Shown piece after piece: positions 61,345-64,000 of a stretch of DNA of 64,000 bases. How positions within the stretch are numbered: position 1 is the first letter of the stretch; each line of letters opens with the position of its first letter. The notes beneath the pieces were generated by a model. The model was not told the DNA's origin and did no database searches. It saw nothing but the letters and a program-made list of their open reading frames with translations. The stretch comes from Neoechinorhynchus agilis (Eukaryota > Animalia > Acanthocephala): assembly GCA_051530055.1 (NCBI GenBank), contig JBMGUZ010000004.1:62001-126000 (forward strand), in the 5' to 3' direction. A program made the translations under genes and the position numbers.

Positions 61345-61500
61345 AGGAAGACGATATGCAATGGACCGGAAACGCTAAAGTTAGAAGGTGTGGATTTTAC
61401 GATGAGAAGAACAGTGAGATATCTTGGCAGCGAAGTAAATAATACAAATTCGCTCGAACCCGAAATAACTGCTCGTATACAATGCGGGTGCCTCAATTGG
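61345..61500 (+). mobile_element. RTE fragment, inverted copy of about 23480-23640
   Basis: GPETLKLEGVDFTMRRTVRYLGSEV. Confidence 0.75.
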
Positions 61501-61512
61501 AGGAAGATGTCT

Positions 61513-62224
61513 TAACGATAGGAAAAGCGAAAGCGATTCACCTTCAATAACCACTAAGAAAGCTACGGTCGAACAAAAGGCCAAAGAAACGTCTAAGCGA
61601 GTAGAAACAAGAGCAAATCCCGTCGCTCTGAATTCGCCATCGAAAATATGACGTCGTGAGCCTAAAAATTGGAGCACGTGCTAATGCAATATCTTCTGAT
61701 TTTGAGGAAATAACATACAGGAAAACAGAAACCGACTGCAGTGTTTTATTATTGCTTTATTTTTTTCGTTGTTTACATCGATTACATGTTAAATCCATCA
61801 GTCAAAGTTACGTCCGCCGCTTACTCATTGCAAAAAACGTTATAAGTTTTAAAAATTAAAACACGTGCTCATGCAATATCTTCTGATTTCGAGCAAATAA
61901 CATACAGGAAAACATAAATCAACTGCAGTGTATAATTGGGCCTTTAGTTTTTACATCGAAAATATTGCGTCGTGAGCCTAAAAATTAGAACACGTGCTAA
62001 TGCAATATCTTCTGATTTTGAGGAAATAACATACATGAAAAACGAAATCGACTGCAGTGTTTGATTTGTGCTTCAGTTCATTCGTTTCTTATATCGATAA
62101 CATTAGGTCGTCAGCTTAAAAATTAAAACACGTACTCATGCAATATCTTCTGATTATGAGCAAATAACATGCAGTAACATAGAAATCGACTGCTTTGTTT
62201 TATTGCCGCTTTATTTTCGTCGTT
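61513..62224 (-). repeat. Inverted duplicate of 21390-22082 (unique fragment plus sat3)
   Basis: Collinear high identity including the unique/satellite junction; ~63-nt deletion in this copy. Confidence 0.85.
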
Positions 62225-62225
62225 G

Positions 62226-63150
62226 CAGCCTCCAACTACGCCCCCGATTCTCGTGTCGAAAATGCCAACAATCTAGCTCGGACGACCCCATCGCGAGAAC
62301 CTGAAAGTAGAGAGCTGTGAGCTCTTGCGACGAGAGGTCTCTCCCATGGTTAGCGCCTGTCTGAAGGGAGAATGCGATCTGGCCAAGAGGATCTCCTTGC
62401 TGCACTCCTATTTCAGACCAAATGAGGTCATCTTCGAAAAGCAAAGGAGTCGTGGTCCCGTAGGCATTGATAAAATACTGGAACGCTTCTGGTGCGTGAT
62501 CCCTAATTAAGCAGAACATGCATTCTCTATTGATAGAGTTAAAGGCGTTCTGAAAATCACACTTAAGAATCACGCACGGCTTGGAACTCCTCGCAGTAAA
62601 GTTTCGGAGCGCGTGAACAATAGCTTCCGCCCCGCAGCATGTGTAGCAGCCAAGTTGGACTGGGCGCAGTTACTGCCTGTTTTTTCTCTGGGATATGTTT
62701 ACAGAGAATTTTTTCTGCAAGTCGGAGTATCGTCGAAGATACGGCGATGGGACTAATCCCACCTTCTTTTCCGTGAGGGCACATAATGATGCTCGGAAAA
62801 ATAGGTCTTTTGCAACGGAATTCAGGTCCTCTCCATTCAGGCGGTCGACTACCCGACAAAGCGCACTTTATGAGAGAGCTGCTTCACCACTTGTAAAGGA
62901 CATCATGTCCTTTAGCTGCTGAAGCCTTAGCCCGTTAAACCCATGACCCGAACCATTTGCAAAAGATGAGATGACAATTTTTAACTCTGAAATTTTAGTG
63001 AGTGTCCTGTTTTGTATGGGAGGAGATGGAATTTCAAAACTGCCACTACTGCAGGGGTGTTTTGACCGGAGTATTTGTAGTGTCTCGCTGTCTCCTGCAA
63101 AACGCTACTCTGTATTGATTCTGTGTGCTTCAATTCAGGCGAGCGTATTT
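62226..63150 (-). mobile_element. CRE-clade RT fragment (second subfamily)
   Basis: PIAVSSTILRLAEK, CDFQNAFNSINR, GVQQGDPLG. Confidence 0.75.
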
Positions 63151-63159
63151 AAATAACAA

Positions 63160-64000
63160 CCGATGATTAAAAGTGGTAACAAAATGATACATCAATTTGA
63201 GCATATCTGACGCGCTGAATTCAATGGTTTTATCCAATTTTAATCAATCTTGCAAATTTAGTGATCATTGACTCTTGTGACGTTTCACCAAATATGATCA
63301 TGTGATTTCCGACGTCAATAATACAGCTGTAGTTTGATAGATCAATTCATTTAGTACATCTTTATGCGCTGATTCCAAATCTGTATTCGGATCTGCGATA
63401 GCTGTCATGCATCTTGAGTTATTCGTTGTTCAATTTTGAGACTTATAACCTTGATAATTGATATTAAAACATCAATAAATTTAAGATCAATCAACTTTTC
63501 TAGATCTACTTTTGACGCTGAATACACCTGCAATAACGGCTCCTTGTTGCTTGTAAAATTTTGACAGTAAGTATTAAGATTCTTGTTCATATAAGATACC
63601 TGAATTATATCCATGCTGCTAAAAAGTGGTAACAAAATGATATATCAGTTTGAGCATATCTGACGCGTTGATTTCAATGGTGTTATCCAACTTTAATGAA
63701 TCTTGCAAATTTAGTGATCTTTCACTCTTATGACTTTTCACAAAATAATATCATGTGATTTCCGACGTAAACAATACAGCTGTAGTTTGCTATATCTGTT
63801 CATTTAGTACACCCTTACGCGCTGATTCCAAATCTGTATTGAGGTCTGCGATAGCTTTCATGGTTCTTGAGTTATTGGTTGTTCAATTTTGCGACTTATA
63901 ACCTTGATTGTTGATATTATAACGTCAATAAATTTCCGATCAAGTTAGCTTTTCTATATCTACCTTTGACACAGAATACACCTGCAATAACGGCTTCTTT
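63160..64000. repeat. ~454-bp satellite
   Basis: ctgattccaaatctg recurs about 452 nt apart. Confidence 0.85.

Overview
Eukaryotic (metazoan, probably invertebrate with fast-evolving rDNA; taxon is inference) heterochromatic rDNA graveyard. No intact host protein gene is evident. The window contains: several broken rDNA pieces (3' half of 28S, ITS1-5.8S-ITS2-5' 28S, a second 28S on the minus strand split at the R2 site); at least nine pieces of mutually divergent R2-like (RLE-type) non-LTR retrotransposons, one with an almost intact 1307-aa ORF; CRE-clade, CR1-group, RTE and Penelope retroelement remnants; Ty3/Gypsy remnants; two copies of a miniature LTR element with exact TSDs; and four satellite families (22 bp TGACGTCA, 92 bp, ~135/200 bp, ~454 bp). 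The most notable signals are a conserved, apparently catalytically dead OTU-protease-like domain in 28S-targeting R2-like elements, a satellite carrying a 28S H69/R2-target motif, permuted R2 target halves between two elements, and a hammerhead-like RNA with non-standard strand order inside a 200-bp inverted repeat. All assignments are by eye; no database search was run and most boundaries are approximate.
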